Shown piece by piece: positions 28,251-40,851 of a DNA stretch of 64,000 nt. Position 1 is the first letter of the stretch; every line of letters begins with the position of its first letter. Source of the stretch: the human T2T-CHM13v2.0 reference genome, Homo sapiens; assembly GCF_009914755.1 (NCBI RefSeq), contig NC_060938.1. The stretch is one strand, 5' to 3'. The position numbers were made by a program, and so were the translations under genes. The notes beneath the pieces were generated by a model. It worked only from the letters and a program-made list of their open reading frames with translations, was not told where the DNA came from and did no database searches.

Positions 28251-29909
28251 GAATATACCATCCCTTATTTTAAGAAATGTATAATATAGTTGTCTAAATA
28301 TTTTTTCTTAATTGCAATAACAATTACAATTGACACAGGTATTCACAATGCTTTGGGAGCATACGGTTCACATCAGAATGTTTTAGGCTTTTGAGTTAAA
28401 GAGGATAATGGGTTCTCCAGAGAAGTGTTTCCATATCTGCAAAGTCCTAGGACCGGGAAACACCTGAACTGGCCTGCTCAGTCAGAGTGGAGTTCCATTT
28501 GAGTCTTCACATTCCCTTTACCTTAATCTTTGAGAATTTCTCATGGTGAAATAAAATAGTCAACGTGATAGTGCATAATATAGAATAAAAACCAGAGGGA
28601 AATACACTTGCATTGTGGTTCAGCAACTGTCTTTCAAAACGCATATCAAGGAAGCCAAGAACAAATTGATACTTTCATGTGGAGTTTTCATTGAATAAGG
28701 AGGGAAGCAAGAATCAAATTTCTCTGCAAAGCAGCATGGCAGTACAATAGCTTTTCTCACAGTGTTTATTCAATAAATCTTAATTAAGTTCCTCCTTTCA
28801 TCTAGACACATCTGTAACAGACATATGATGAGTGAATAAATGCACTGCAAAAAAAAGTGATAATTCTAATAAAAGAATCATCCTCCCTTTTGTGAGACCA
28901 ACCAGCTCGGCTGTCTCTCTAAGTAAAGCTTATTATGTAAACAAGAGGCTCTACAGGTGACTGTATAGGGATTCTGTGTGGTTTTTCCATGTTTCCCATG
29001 TGCCATTAACTGGCACAATCCAGGACTACTTTCTGCAGCATGGATTGTTCTTAACATTCCAAACCTCCACTTTAGTAAGATAAGTGGGATGGTGGAAGAT
29101 CTTTTCTCTAGCATGAGTAGAAAATTAATGCATTCATTATTAATAGCAAGTCCTAAGGTAGTTCAGAAGGCAGACATAAGTGAACTTACTGAAATAAATT
29201 CAATGGAATGCTACATTAGTGTCAAAAGTTTGGTGATGACTCTTCTGTAAAGGCAATTAGTATCTAATTAATAACTCTTGGATAATATCTAACATTCTGA
29301 TCTCCTTACGTCTGCAGAGTTAAGAAATTGTAATAAAGAGATCAAGAAGTACAGTCTATACTACGAAATTAAAGTTACTAGCACAGTATGATATATACTC
29401 AGGCACAAATAAATATTTCTAGATAGAAATTACATAGGATTGCAACTGCCTACTATGATTATTTATTAAATGAGGAAGCAGGACATTTTTTAAAAGTAAG
29501 TTCTTAACTGGTTTAAATACATGTTGTTTGTTCAAGCTCAACTGAAAGCTTTTAAATAACCCAATTAGTAATCAAAAGCTGAATGCAGGCTTGATTATTC
29601 AGACAATTTAGGGCTTTGTCAATCCTCTTCAAGAACACTCTGATGCAATTCCACTTACAAAGTTAAATATAAATAGGATATATTTACAGGTGTAAAAATA
29701 CAACAGTATCTTGATCAGGGTGCTATTTACATGAATGCATTTGCTTTGTGAAAATTAATCAGGCTATATGTTCATGATTTCTTTAGTTTTTAAAATATGT
29801 ATGCTATGATTGAAAAATAGGTTTTGTTAAAATATTATGGTGCTGTTTTTTGTCCGTAATTATAATATATTCTTCAGTTATTGTTGAATGAGACAATATT
29901 GACTTCATG

Positions 29910-29912
<3 letters not shown>

Positions 29913-29957
<45 letters not shown>

Positions 29958-30060
29958 ACACACATATATGCATACCTCTATGCACACACACACACACACA
30001 CACTCATGTATTTACAATTTCTCATTATACATATATGTACATATATATGTGTGTGTGTAT
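29913..30060. repeat. (TA)n, (CA)n and (TG)n microsatellite cluster
   Basis: Direct reading. Confidence 0.9.
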
Positions 30061-32044
30061 AATGTGAAATAGTATATAGAACTAGAAAAGAAGAAGATAG
30101 AAATCCAAATATGAAAAATAGTACATAAGCAAAAAACATGTGATAAGATAACTTTGGAAGCTTTATAAAGTTTTTAAGGTCAACAGGACTATTTCTTTGG
30201 GTGAAGTCATTCCTTTTCATATGTCTACAACTATCCTCCTGCTGCTAATATGCATAGTCTTCAGAAACTGGCTTAACCAGCACGATATGGATAAGAAGGG
30301 GAAACCATTTGCCTCTTTGTGGATCTTGTTAAAAGGAAAACAATGTAGTGACATGCTGGCTTGAAAGTCATACAACCTGAGGTTTGACCCATGTCTAGTG
30401 TTAAACAGATGTACAATCTTGCATAAATTACTTCATATTCCTGGATTAAACTAGGTCATCTATGAAGAGAAGGCTGATTTCTAAAACCTGTACCGTGTAT
30501 TAATATTTTGTTATATTTTAAAATTTCATTTAAAACAAACTTTTAATTATTGACCAGAAGAATATTGATTTTATAAATGATTTTTTGGTTAATACACATA
30601 TACTTTTCTCAAGAATTAAGAGCCCCATAAAAGGGGTAGTGTGTCATTTAGGAGTTGAGGAATCTTCCACTGGCGACTCTCTTATGCCTATGAAGTGTCT
30701 TGTGGATCATGGAGTAGCCTTAATCTGTGTTCCACTTACTCCAAGCTTTATTATAAAATGTCCCCTTTCTTTCTTGTTACTTGCTTTATAGTAAAGTTTA
30801 TTCTTAATCGGTATTGTCCTTGAAATACTGAATAAAGTAAGGTGTAGAGTTATCTTCTGGTTTGCATGCTCTTTTTATTCCAAGGATAAGCGAATACTAA
30901 TTTAAGTGTTAGACTAGTAATAGGAGAGCCATAAAAATACAGAGACAGACGTGTTTGCCATTAGTCCACAGAAGGATCTGGATTCCTTCTGCATTGTTCT
31001 ATTTGAGATTTAGGCTTGGTATGTTTTTACTTTCTTGAAATTTTTATAGTTTTAAACACAGTGATATATCCTATTTTCTGAGTTCACATATCCTTTTATT
31101 TACCCACATAAACTATTATATGTTTGTTAAGGCATATGGCAGATCCAGTAAGAGATAGGTCTTATGATTGATGAAAAAAACTAGGCAGCCAGAAACAATA
31201 CGCTCACTTCATCAGATAATTTTGTATATGTAAACTTAAATGAAATACTTTTTTCTTATAAAACAAAGATAAATTAATTGCAGCAGACCTATTAAAATCT
31301 TATCTTCTGTTTGGGGTAGTGTGTCTAAGTGATGCTGATGGAGCTAAGGTTATTATTTCATTCTATATTTGAACAACAAAAAAACAAAATAAATATATCT
31401 GTTTCAGAAATAAAAAATGACTCTATGACACCAATACTGAATTTTTGAAACACATAAATATTATCATAAGTGGAGAGAATATAGGGAGTTTAGATTTACG
31501 AACTCTCTAGTATTGCCGAAAATGAATAACATTGTTATTTGGAATGAGAAAGACTACTTTGCTTTAACACCTTGTTTTCATTGTACTAAATATTTGCTAC
31601 TTTTTGGGCATGACAGTTCCAATTTTGACTACTAGTTAGGAGGGTTGATGATGAAGAAAAAATATCTGGCAAAAAATATATTGATGTTTGATAGGGAGAG
31701 ACCAAAAAGACCATTGCAAGAGAAAAGGCAGAAGGATTATGTAAAATTAATATCTTAACATGCTTTATAGTGCCTCAAATGATTTGCTTTATTACTATAA
31801 AGTTCTAGATTCTGTGCTAAGTGGTAAAGTAATAAAAAATTATACCATGATGTGTAAACATAGCCCCTACCCACCAAAATGATATAAGTGAAAAAAAAGC
31901 ATGAAGGATTGAATTATGAATAAGATGGCATCTCAATCAGGCCAATAGCCTAGGCTCTTATTGGAGAGGCTTTGGGCCCCTTTCCTATGTACAGTATTAG
32001 AAACAACAGGATTGGTGTGAACATCTGGACTTTAATAGGTATTT

Positions 32045-32690
32045 ACTCTTTCAATTCAGTTTATTAAGTCCCAATAGTGCCATGCATTAAGACAGAAAAA
32101 TATAGAAAACATATTATTTGCTTACAAGGTGCTCATATTCTAATGGGGTGCAAGTATGCAAAAAGTATACAGTAAAAGATAATAAGTACTGTAATAGAGG
32201 GAATCGAAAAATGCTATGAAAAATATTGACTGAACCCCTTCCTTAGCCTTTAACAAGTCAATCAAGGCTTCTTGGAGGAGATGGTGCTTTGGGAAGGGGA
32301 GGCTGCCATGAGAAAATCAGAGGAATCACCTGTGGGAGAGAGATTGCCTTGTATGAAAAGGTACAGGTATGGATTGTATATTATGACACTTTCAAGCTAC
32401 TGCATGTGGTTTGCATTAAAAAGAAGAAAGGAGTGTGTGAATTGGGAGATGGTGAGTGAGAAGGCTGGTTCAGGTTAGGGTATGGTAGAGGTAGTAGACA
32501 AATCACAGAATGTTTACATGCCAAGGGACATCATAGCATTTATCCTAAAGAGGGTGGAGAACCAGAAAAGCATTTTAAATGGGGATGATATGATCAGATT
32601 TCTATCTTAGGAAAAACATCCTGGCCATGAGTGGTGGTGATAGGCATGGTGTGGGAGAGCTTTAGAGGAAACAGTAAATCTAAAAGGAAA
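32045..32690 (-). mobile_element. L2 fragment
   Basis: tttattaagtcccaatagtgccatgc...caaggcttcttggaggagatggtg...ttttaaatggggatgatatgatcagattt. Confidence 0.75.
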
Positions 32691-33930
32691 GAATCTGTTT
32701 CTTCTGAGATAGTGCCCTTAATTGCTTCTCCTCTCATGATGACTTTATTTAACAACTCTATCTCCAAATTAGAATTATTTCAGGTAGATGTCCACATTGT
32801 ATTTCCAGAATACCCTTAATGATCCTTACCTTTCTTCTGAGATCAACCCTTTCCTTCTGATCTGATTCATGTTCTCCCTTCCTCCCTTGGATTTAAGGAT
32901 TCAGATAAGTAGTGTGGAGAGAAGGGACAGCTGGCACTCTGAGGACCCAGCTAACATACAATTTGGTTCTCCCGCTGAGAATGGTACATGGTGTCCAGAT
33001 AAGGATAAATTGGGTACTCATAAAAAATATTATCCAAAAAAATCATAAATCATGTGGCTGATATTCATTAAAATATGGCTGTATTTATTATGTATTTGTT
33101 TCTGTAAACAGCCATAAAAAGAAGAAAGTAAGAATTGCATAGAGGCCAAGAGATCCATTTAGTTTTCCAGCACAAGAAGAGTGAACTTCTTCTTTAGGAT
33201 GCTCATTCTGTGGCCTGAGCTCAGGCATCATGTATGTGGCAGGCCGATGACGCTGATAAAGGATACATTGAAGACCCTACAGATGAGACTCAGTGTTTAG
33301 GATAGACAAAGGTGCCCAGTTAGCAGGCATAATAAACCATATTAATGTTTCAGATAGTCAGAGCATAGACATAATACAGAAATATTAAACCCAGTATCCA
33401 CCACCTCCTGGCATCCTGCTGTAAGCTTTCTCAGAGACCTTCCACACCCAGGGTCTATCTCCCATCCTCCCCCATCTCCTGCACCCATATCCCATTTATA
33501 CCATGAGCCCTCTGAGTTTCAATGGAAGGTAGACTTTCTTTTCTTTGCACACTGAACTGTGTGGATATTAGGAGAACGATGATAAGCTCCATTTGGAAGG
33601 GGTCATAAAAGTGAACATTTTATTAAGAATTTGATCTTCAGACCAAGAGGTCAGGAAAGAGCTGACACCTGAGGTTAGGCTTGAGAACTTTTTATGAATT
33701 CCAGGTAGTTAAAAACATTTACTCACAGTGAATGAATTTCCACAGTTGTATAGATTATAGAGAAGGAAAATAAATATTTTGCCTAATCAGTCTCTCCCTG
33801 TGGCTAGGGTGGATTTTAATCTGTGGCTGTCAACTCAAAAGAATAAATCAACATTCATTCAAAAAGTTATCATAACTTTGTTTCAATGTTCAAATTGAAT
33901 GTGGGGAGAGCAATGGCTACTGCATATTAA

Positions 33931-34052
33931 GACACTTTCAAGCAACTGCATGTGGTTTGCATTAAAAAGAAGAAAGGAGTGTGTGAATTGGGAGATGGTG
34001 AGTAAGAAGGCTGGTTCAGGTTAGGGTATGGTAGAGGCAGTAGACAAATCAC
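33931..34052 (+). repeat. 122-bp direct copy of 32385-32506
   Basis: Ungapped alignment at offset 1546 with 3 mismatches. Confidence 0.95.
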
Positions 34053-35018
34053 TGACCATTTACCAATTCCAAAAAGTACATTTTCCCCAGACTAGTCTGT
34101 CAGTTTAGAGCTGGTGAAATCCAGGAAGAAAGGGAAAATGCCAAAACATGTGGATGCTGACTAGTCCCATGACACTTTAGTTCAGGCAACATTCCAAGCA
34201 TAATAGAAATGACATTAGCGAAGCTGTTTTTTTGATTTTACAGAATAAATTTGAAACCCCTAATGGGCTAGATTATTCCAATAAGCACAGATACAACTAC
34301 AAACCTTACAAGCCTGTTCCAAACAGGGCCTAACCTGGAAGCCTAGTAACTCATAATGGGAAATGTTTTGAATTTACACCTGAAAATGGCTATTGTGCTT
34401 AATGAAGCACATATTACAATATCATTTTATAGCATTGTTCATACAAGAATGGATCACAACTGATTACACTTGTATTGCAAATACAATTCCGCTCAATAAG
34501 TTACAGCTCAGTGCATCCATGGCTATGTGGGAAGAGATCCTTGACAATGGGCCCAGGTGGACAAGAAAACACAACTATGTTCATTATACTGAAGGCAGAG
34601 AAAAGAAACCAAAGCATACATTAACATGTCCTTAACAGTTTCTCAGTATTGTAGCTTTTGGAGAGGGAAAGAATTTCTTTTTATTTTCTATTTTTTACTT
34701 TATCCAGGGTGGAGGTGGAGCATAAAGTCTACTAATCAGAAATTTGTTCATGATGGTTACCTAAAGCATATAGCATTTTACCTTCATCTTTCAGAGGATT
34801 TTCTCTGCCAAGGAGAAATTTGATAAAGACATAAATATGTATGCCTTTTGTAGGTGAAACTGTTAATGTTCAGGTTTTTTATAATAATAAAATTTGATTG
34901 ATTGATTGATGTGAACATCTTTCTATATCCAAAAGTATTTTGTGGTGCTGTTAGTAACCATATGGTAAGCCTCGGAAAAAAATTTCAAAGGAAATTTTAT
35001 GTGTATTTATTTGGTTAC

Positions 35019-35370
35019 TGTATTAGTCTGTTTTCATGCTGCTGATAAAGACATCCCTGAGACTGGGCAATTTATAAAAGAGGTTTAATGGACTTAAATT
35101 CCACGTGGCTGGGGAGGCCGCAAAATCATGGCAGAAGGTGAAAGGCACATCTTACATGGTGGCAGACAAGAGAAGAGAACTTGTGCAGGGAAACTCCCCT
35201 TTATAAAAACATCAGATCTCATGAGACGTATTCGCTGTCATGAGAATAGTATGGGAAAGACCCACCCCCATGATTCAATTACCTCCCACCGGGTCCCTTC
35301 CACAACATGTGGAAATTGTGGGAGCTATAATTCAAGATGAGATTTGGGTGGGAACACAGCCAAACTATTA
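35019..35370 (-). mobile_element. THE1B solo LTR
   Basis: tgtattagtctgttttcatgctgctgataaagacatccctgagactggg...gggaacacagccaaactatta; perfect TSD gttac (35014-18, 35371-75). Confidence 0.93.
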
Positions 35371-35438
35371 GTTACCAAGCATTTTAGTATTAACTAGGTA
35401 CATGGCAAATCATCTTTCTTTGAAAGGGAGAGTGATGG

Positions 35439-35487
35439 TGTATTACTCAGGGTACCCTAGAGAGACAGAACTAATGGAATATATATA

Positions 35488-35561
<74 letters not shown>

Positions 35562-35946
35562 GGAGTTTATTAAGTATTAACTCACACAATCACAAGGTCC
35601 AATAATAGGCCATCTGCAGGCTGAAGAACAAGGAGAACCAGTCTGAGTTCCAAAACTGAAGAACTCAGAGTCCGATGTTCAAGGGCAGGAGGTATCTGGC
35701 ATGAGAGAAAGATGTGGGCTGGGAGGCTAGGCCAGTCTCTCTTTTTGAATTTTTGTACCTGCTTTTATTCTAGCTGCACTGGCAGCTGATTAGATTGTCC
35801 CCACCCAGTTTAAGGGTGGATCTGCCTTTTCCAGCCCACTGACTCAATTGTAAATATCCTTTGGCAACACACTCACAGACACACCCAGGATCAATACTTT
35901 GTATCCTTCAATCCAATCAAGTTGACACTCAGTATTAACCATCACA
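35439..35946 (-). mobile_element. MLT2A1 LTR (HERV-L 3' LTR) with internal (TG)n(TA)n
   Basis: tgtattactcagggtaccctagagagacagaactaatgg...caatccaatcaagttgacactcagtattaaccatcaca; adjacent PPT (rc caaggggtggact). Confidence 0.92.
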
Positions 35947-37404
35947 AGTCCACCCCTTGCCAACTTGAACCCATGCACATCTCTTGAGATTATACTTAAT
36001 CTTCAAAGAAAGAAAATAATAAGGTCATAATTATACCTAACATAATACTACTATCCTTTGTACAACTGAAAACACACCAATTCCCAAATACTATTACATA
36101 AAGTTAACAATACTGAAATGCTGACATGAAGTCAACAAATCTTATGTCACATGATAAATGAGAAAGGAAATAAAATGAAGATATTTTTCTTAGTAAAAAT
36201 GTATACATACACAAACATGTTTTTATACAAAAGAAGGAGGAAATACTCATGACAATTACTGTTCTTGTTTCTGCAGCTGATCACATAGTCGTAGCTGGTA
36301 TTGATGACTAACTTCTTATAGTACCCATTCTGCATTCCCTTTGCTTTCAGTAAGCACCTTAGTAGGTCATGGTTTTTTTCCTGGTGGAATGACCCAAACC
36401 TTCCTTCCTGAAGGGTCTTGGTCATTTGTAGTCCTGCCTGGATTGGGCTGTTGTAGTTTCTCATTGACCTTAATCACAGGGAATGGTAACCCTAAGAGAT
36501 GGCCTAATGGATCTCCTGTATTCCATGCGTACTCTTCCTTACCTTTGTTGTGGAATAGTAGGCTGATTTCATCTTGACAGTCTGGGTCAATCATCCCAGC
36601 CAGCCCTGTAACTCCTTTCTTAGACTGTTGGTTTAAAGGTAGGAGGAATCCAAAGTGTGCAGATGGCAATCTTAACTTCCAGTTTAATGGAATCATTGAT
36701 GTGTCTCCTGGTGGCAGCATTCCTCCCTCTGGAACTAAGACCCCTAGGCCAGCAGAACATAATGTTGCAGGAACAGGACACGAAAATTTTGCTAGTGGTT
36801 TACTAAAGGTGATGGTATGTGATGCCACTTCCACTTCCACTCCTTGATTCCTGGACCCATGAATACTAGCTATGGGAGAAAGAGTCTAATATATTGGATG
36901 CTGATTCAGAGCACACATGGCCTTCTGGAGAACTTTGCCCCAGCCCTGCAAAATATTGTCACCTACTTGGCATTGTAATTGTGACTTCAAAAGGCCATTC
37001 CACCATTCTATCAATTCTGCTGCTTCAGGATGATGGGGAACCTGGTAAGACCAGTTAGTTTTATGAGCATGAGCCCATAGCCACACTTCTTTAGCCATAA
37101 AAAGTGAGTGCTTTGGTCAGAGGCAATGCTGTGTGGAATACCATACAGTGGATAAGGCATTCTGTGTATCCATGGATGGTAGTCTTGGCAGAAGCATTGT
37201 CTGCAGAATAGGCAAACCCATATCTGGAGTAAGTGTCTATTCCAGTGAGGACAAAACTCTGTCCTTTCCATGATGAAAGAGGTCCAATATAATCAACCTG
37301 GCACCAGGTTGTTGGTCTCTGCTGCTGGCAAATTGGGCACTCAGCAGTGGCCACAGTCAGGTCAGCCTTGGTGTGAGTGGAAGTCCATGTTGCTGAGCCC
37401 ATGC
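35947..37404 (-). mobile_element. HERV-L internal region (integrase, dUTPase, 3' region), lacking its 5' part
   Basis: Integrase remnants CPICQQQRP, QVDYIGPL, LTGIDTYSRYGFAY, YGIPHSIASDQ, HHPEAAELIEWWNGLLKSQL; dUTPase ORF. Confidence 0.93.
36367..36840 (-). pseudogene. HERV-L dUTPase remnant (open 157-codon frame)
   Basis: LVPEGGMLPPGDTSMIPLNWKLRLPSAHFGFLLP...GVTGLAGMIDPDCQDEISLLFHN; motif-3 Tyr replaced by Cys. Confidence 0.85.
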
Positions 37405-37938
37405 TGCTATAAAGACACATGCACACGTATGTTTATTGCGGCACTACTCACAATAGCAAAGACTTGGAACCAACCCAAATGTCCAACAATGATAGACTGG
37501 ATTAAGAAAATGTGGCACATATACACCATGGAATACTATGCAGCCATAAAAAAGGATGAGTTCATGTCCTTTGTAGGGACATTGATGAAATTGGAAATCA
37601 TCATTCTCAGTAAACTATCCCAAGAACAAAAAACCAAACACCACATATTCTCACTCATAGGTGGGAATTGAACAATGAGATCACATGGACACAGGAAGGG
37701 GAACATCACACTCTGGGGACTGTTGTGGGGTGGGGGGAGGGGGGAGGGATAGCATTGGGAGATATACCTAATGCTAGATGACGAGTTAGTGGGTGCAGTG
37801 CACCAGCATGGCACATGTATACATATGTAACTAACCTGCACAATGTGCACATGTACCCTAAAACTTAAAGTATAATAATAAAAGAAAAAAATAAAAATAA
37901 AAATAAACTGACTTGATGTAAAAAAAAAAAAAAAAAAA
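37400..37938 (+). mobile_element. L1PA2-like 5'-truncated L1 with short 3' transduction
   Basis: Intact ORF2 C-terminus (CCYKDTCTRMFIAALLTIAKTWNQPKCP...IFSLIGGN*); gagatcacatgg, gctagatgacgagttag (GAG, not Ta-type ACA), gcacaatgtgcac; two A-tracts. Confidence 0.93.
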
Positions 37939-38662
37939 GAAAAGAAATCCGGAAAAATACCAGTGCGGAGACAATTCTTTTAATGACATTTCGACTTGTG
38001 TTTTCACATGGTTCTTGGAGACAGAGTATGAGAAGTAAGTCTTTTTCTGAGTCCTTCTGAATACAATTACATCATTTCACATAAATGCATATTAATAAAC
38101 TGGTAGCTGGTCATCGTAAAGTGTGGAATCGGACAGTCTCAAGTTACATGTATGATTTTGCCTTTATACATTTTAAGTTAAAATCCTCATAGTAATTGGA
38201 AAGAGACATCTGGCTTATTTGGACCATATATCACTTATAAGGATAGTATGGCATCCCGTCAAAGACTAATTCTTAATTTTGTCTCTCCTGTTTCTTACTG
38301 GATGTGCTAAGCTGTGCATAAGCACATCACTTAATTATGGCACTTACTGCTGTGTTATAATTACATAATTGAGTTTCTACTATGTTATGTATTCCTAGAA
38401 ATAGGAGCTATGTTATGTACTTTTTTCTGTGTGTACAAGAAAGAACACTTGCCTCAAATCGTGCCAATGATAGAAGCCACAGCCTTGGCCATACTTGACA
38501 GTTGTAAGGATGGATATGAATGTTAGATCAGTGAGTCTTTTCACTAAGATTTTAGACTTCAGACAGATAAAATATTTTTTATTTTTTTCCTGTGTCTAAA
38601 ACTTTGAAAGTTAAAGGCCAGAGGTAAACATTTGTCATGATGTCCACAAAGTTTATTGCATG

Positions 38663-38663
<1 letters not shown>

Positions 38664-38700
<37 letters not shown>
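38664..38700. repeat. (TG)n microsatellite
   Basis: Direct reading. Confidence 0.95.
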
Positions 38701-38703
<3 letters not shown>

Positions 38704-39782
38704 GGTTGGTTTGTTTTTTTGTTTAAGCCTGTCTAACAAAGAAATTGAATTGAGGTATAAGAGAAACCAAAGGTAGTAACAGGAAGACAAAATCCTAATG
38801 GAGTTATTCTTTAGGACCCTATCATTTCTACCTTTGGGTTTCAGGAGATTTCTAAAATCTTTTTAAATTAGTTTGAGATGTGTTTCTCTTACTTGTAGCC
38901 ATACAATTCCTAAGTAACATGGGAGGTGGATGGGTATTCCCAAACAGGAAAGTGTTTCCAATTAACATTTACCAGGCTGTAAATATATCTTATTCACACC
39001 AGTACATATAAAAAAAATTCTAACTGAAAAATAAATGTGAATCTCATGGAAATTCAAGAACAGGAAACCTAAACCTTATGACAACTGTCATCAGGCAGGC
39101 CTTTCTCGGGGGCGTAGAGTAATTGCTCATGGTATCTGTGTTTCCTTCTGTGCATCTAATCCATTTCCTTTTTTGACTAATTTGTTTTCGTTTACCACTT
39201 ATGGACCCTGCTCTGCTAAATCATTGGCTTGATTGTGGCATTACGAAGGCCCCAAATTACCCCTTGAGCTCCTGGAATGAAAAGAACTACAATAACAATT
39301 ATAGATAACACATAGAGCACTTATTATTTTCCTGGCTACCCACACAGTTTGAACACAGAAAGATGACTGAGGATCCACCCATCATGCAATCCTTTAGAGT
39401 TACTCAATCAGAAGCTAGCTGTGAAGGACTAGGGACCATGAGCAATCCATTTTGGTGACAGTGCTGGAAGCAGTAGTCCCTAAGTCCCATTTCCAGCAAT
39501 AGCAGCTTAGCAGTCCCAGTAACAGCGTCCAACCATCGATAATGTTGGTGGGACAGGCTGTGGTCTGCTCATCACAATGACAACAGCAGTCTCTTCATGG
39601 CTCTACTCTATGGCCTCATTATTAATAGAAATGTCTCTAATCTGGAGCCTGCAAACTGGTCTACCAAACTCCCAAAGTAACTATAAGTTACATGGTCTGG
39701 GTAAGAATTCTGTTAAATTATACAGAGGTAGTTTCTCTTTATTTGCAACTCATAATGGTGATTATTAACAGTGCCTCTAGGC

Positions 39783-39880
39783 CAGGGGTTGGGAAACCTT
39801 TTCTGTAAAAGGCCAGACAGCAAATATTTTAGGTTTTGCTGGCCACATCCAGGCATATTCTTTGTTATTGCCATTGTCTG

Positions 39881-39926
<46 letters not shown>

Positions 39927-39970
39927 CTCACGTGCTCTACAAATAATAGGTTGTAGTTTTCAAATCCCTG
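39783..39970. mobile_element. MER58A (hAT-Charlie) with internal (TG)n
   Basis: caggggttgggaaaccttttctgtaaaaggccagacagcaaatattttagg...atccctg; 8-bp TSD-like ctctaggc/gtctaagc. Confidence 0.8.
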
Positions 39971-40408
39971 GTCTAAGCTTTTAGCACTATTTCTTCTTAC
40001 CTCAGTATCTTAGTTACCTAATTCCAGCATGCAGAGAAATCTATTTTGTGCTATTAATCTTCTTGAGGAAAGCTGTTCCTAAAGATAGCTTCACAATATG
40101 CTCTTGTAGCCAGTTGGCCTTCTCCTAAGGGAAGCTAGGGAGGAACACTGAAGCCAAGAGTTACTACTGGCATAAGTGCAACTACATGGAGAAAATTTCT
40201 GAGCTTTGCCAGCCTGACTGCCTGTAACCCAGGCCAAGCCTGTCCCAGGAGCCACATGACCTAAGCAATCCTTATAGATGCCAAGCACATAACTAGACTA
40301 TAAGGGCAAAAGTGAAGAACCAACAACATACAGATTGAGTGTGCTTATCATATATTTTAAACAAATAAACCAACCTCAAATAGTCTGTTTAGCCTTACTT
40401 TTATTTCA

Positions 40409-40851
<443 letters not shown>

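Noticed and set aside
35105-35117. PRDM9 hotspot motif in THE1B
   Set aside because: The minus strand reads CCTCCCCAGCCAC, lacking the T at position 7 of CCTCCCTNNCCAC
37270-37671. 133-aa ORF as a new chimeric gene
   Set aside because: It is antisense HERV-L read into the L1 ORF2 C-terminus across the junction; no promoter or splicing evidence
37725-37750. G-quadruplex-forming tract
   Set aside because: Standard feature of the L1PA 3'UTR
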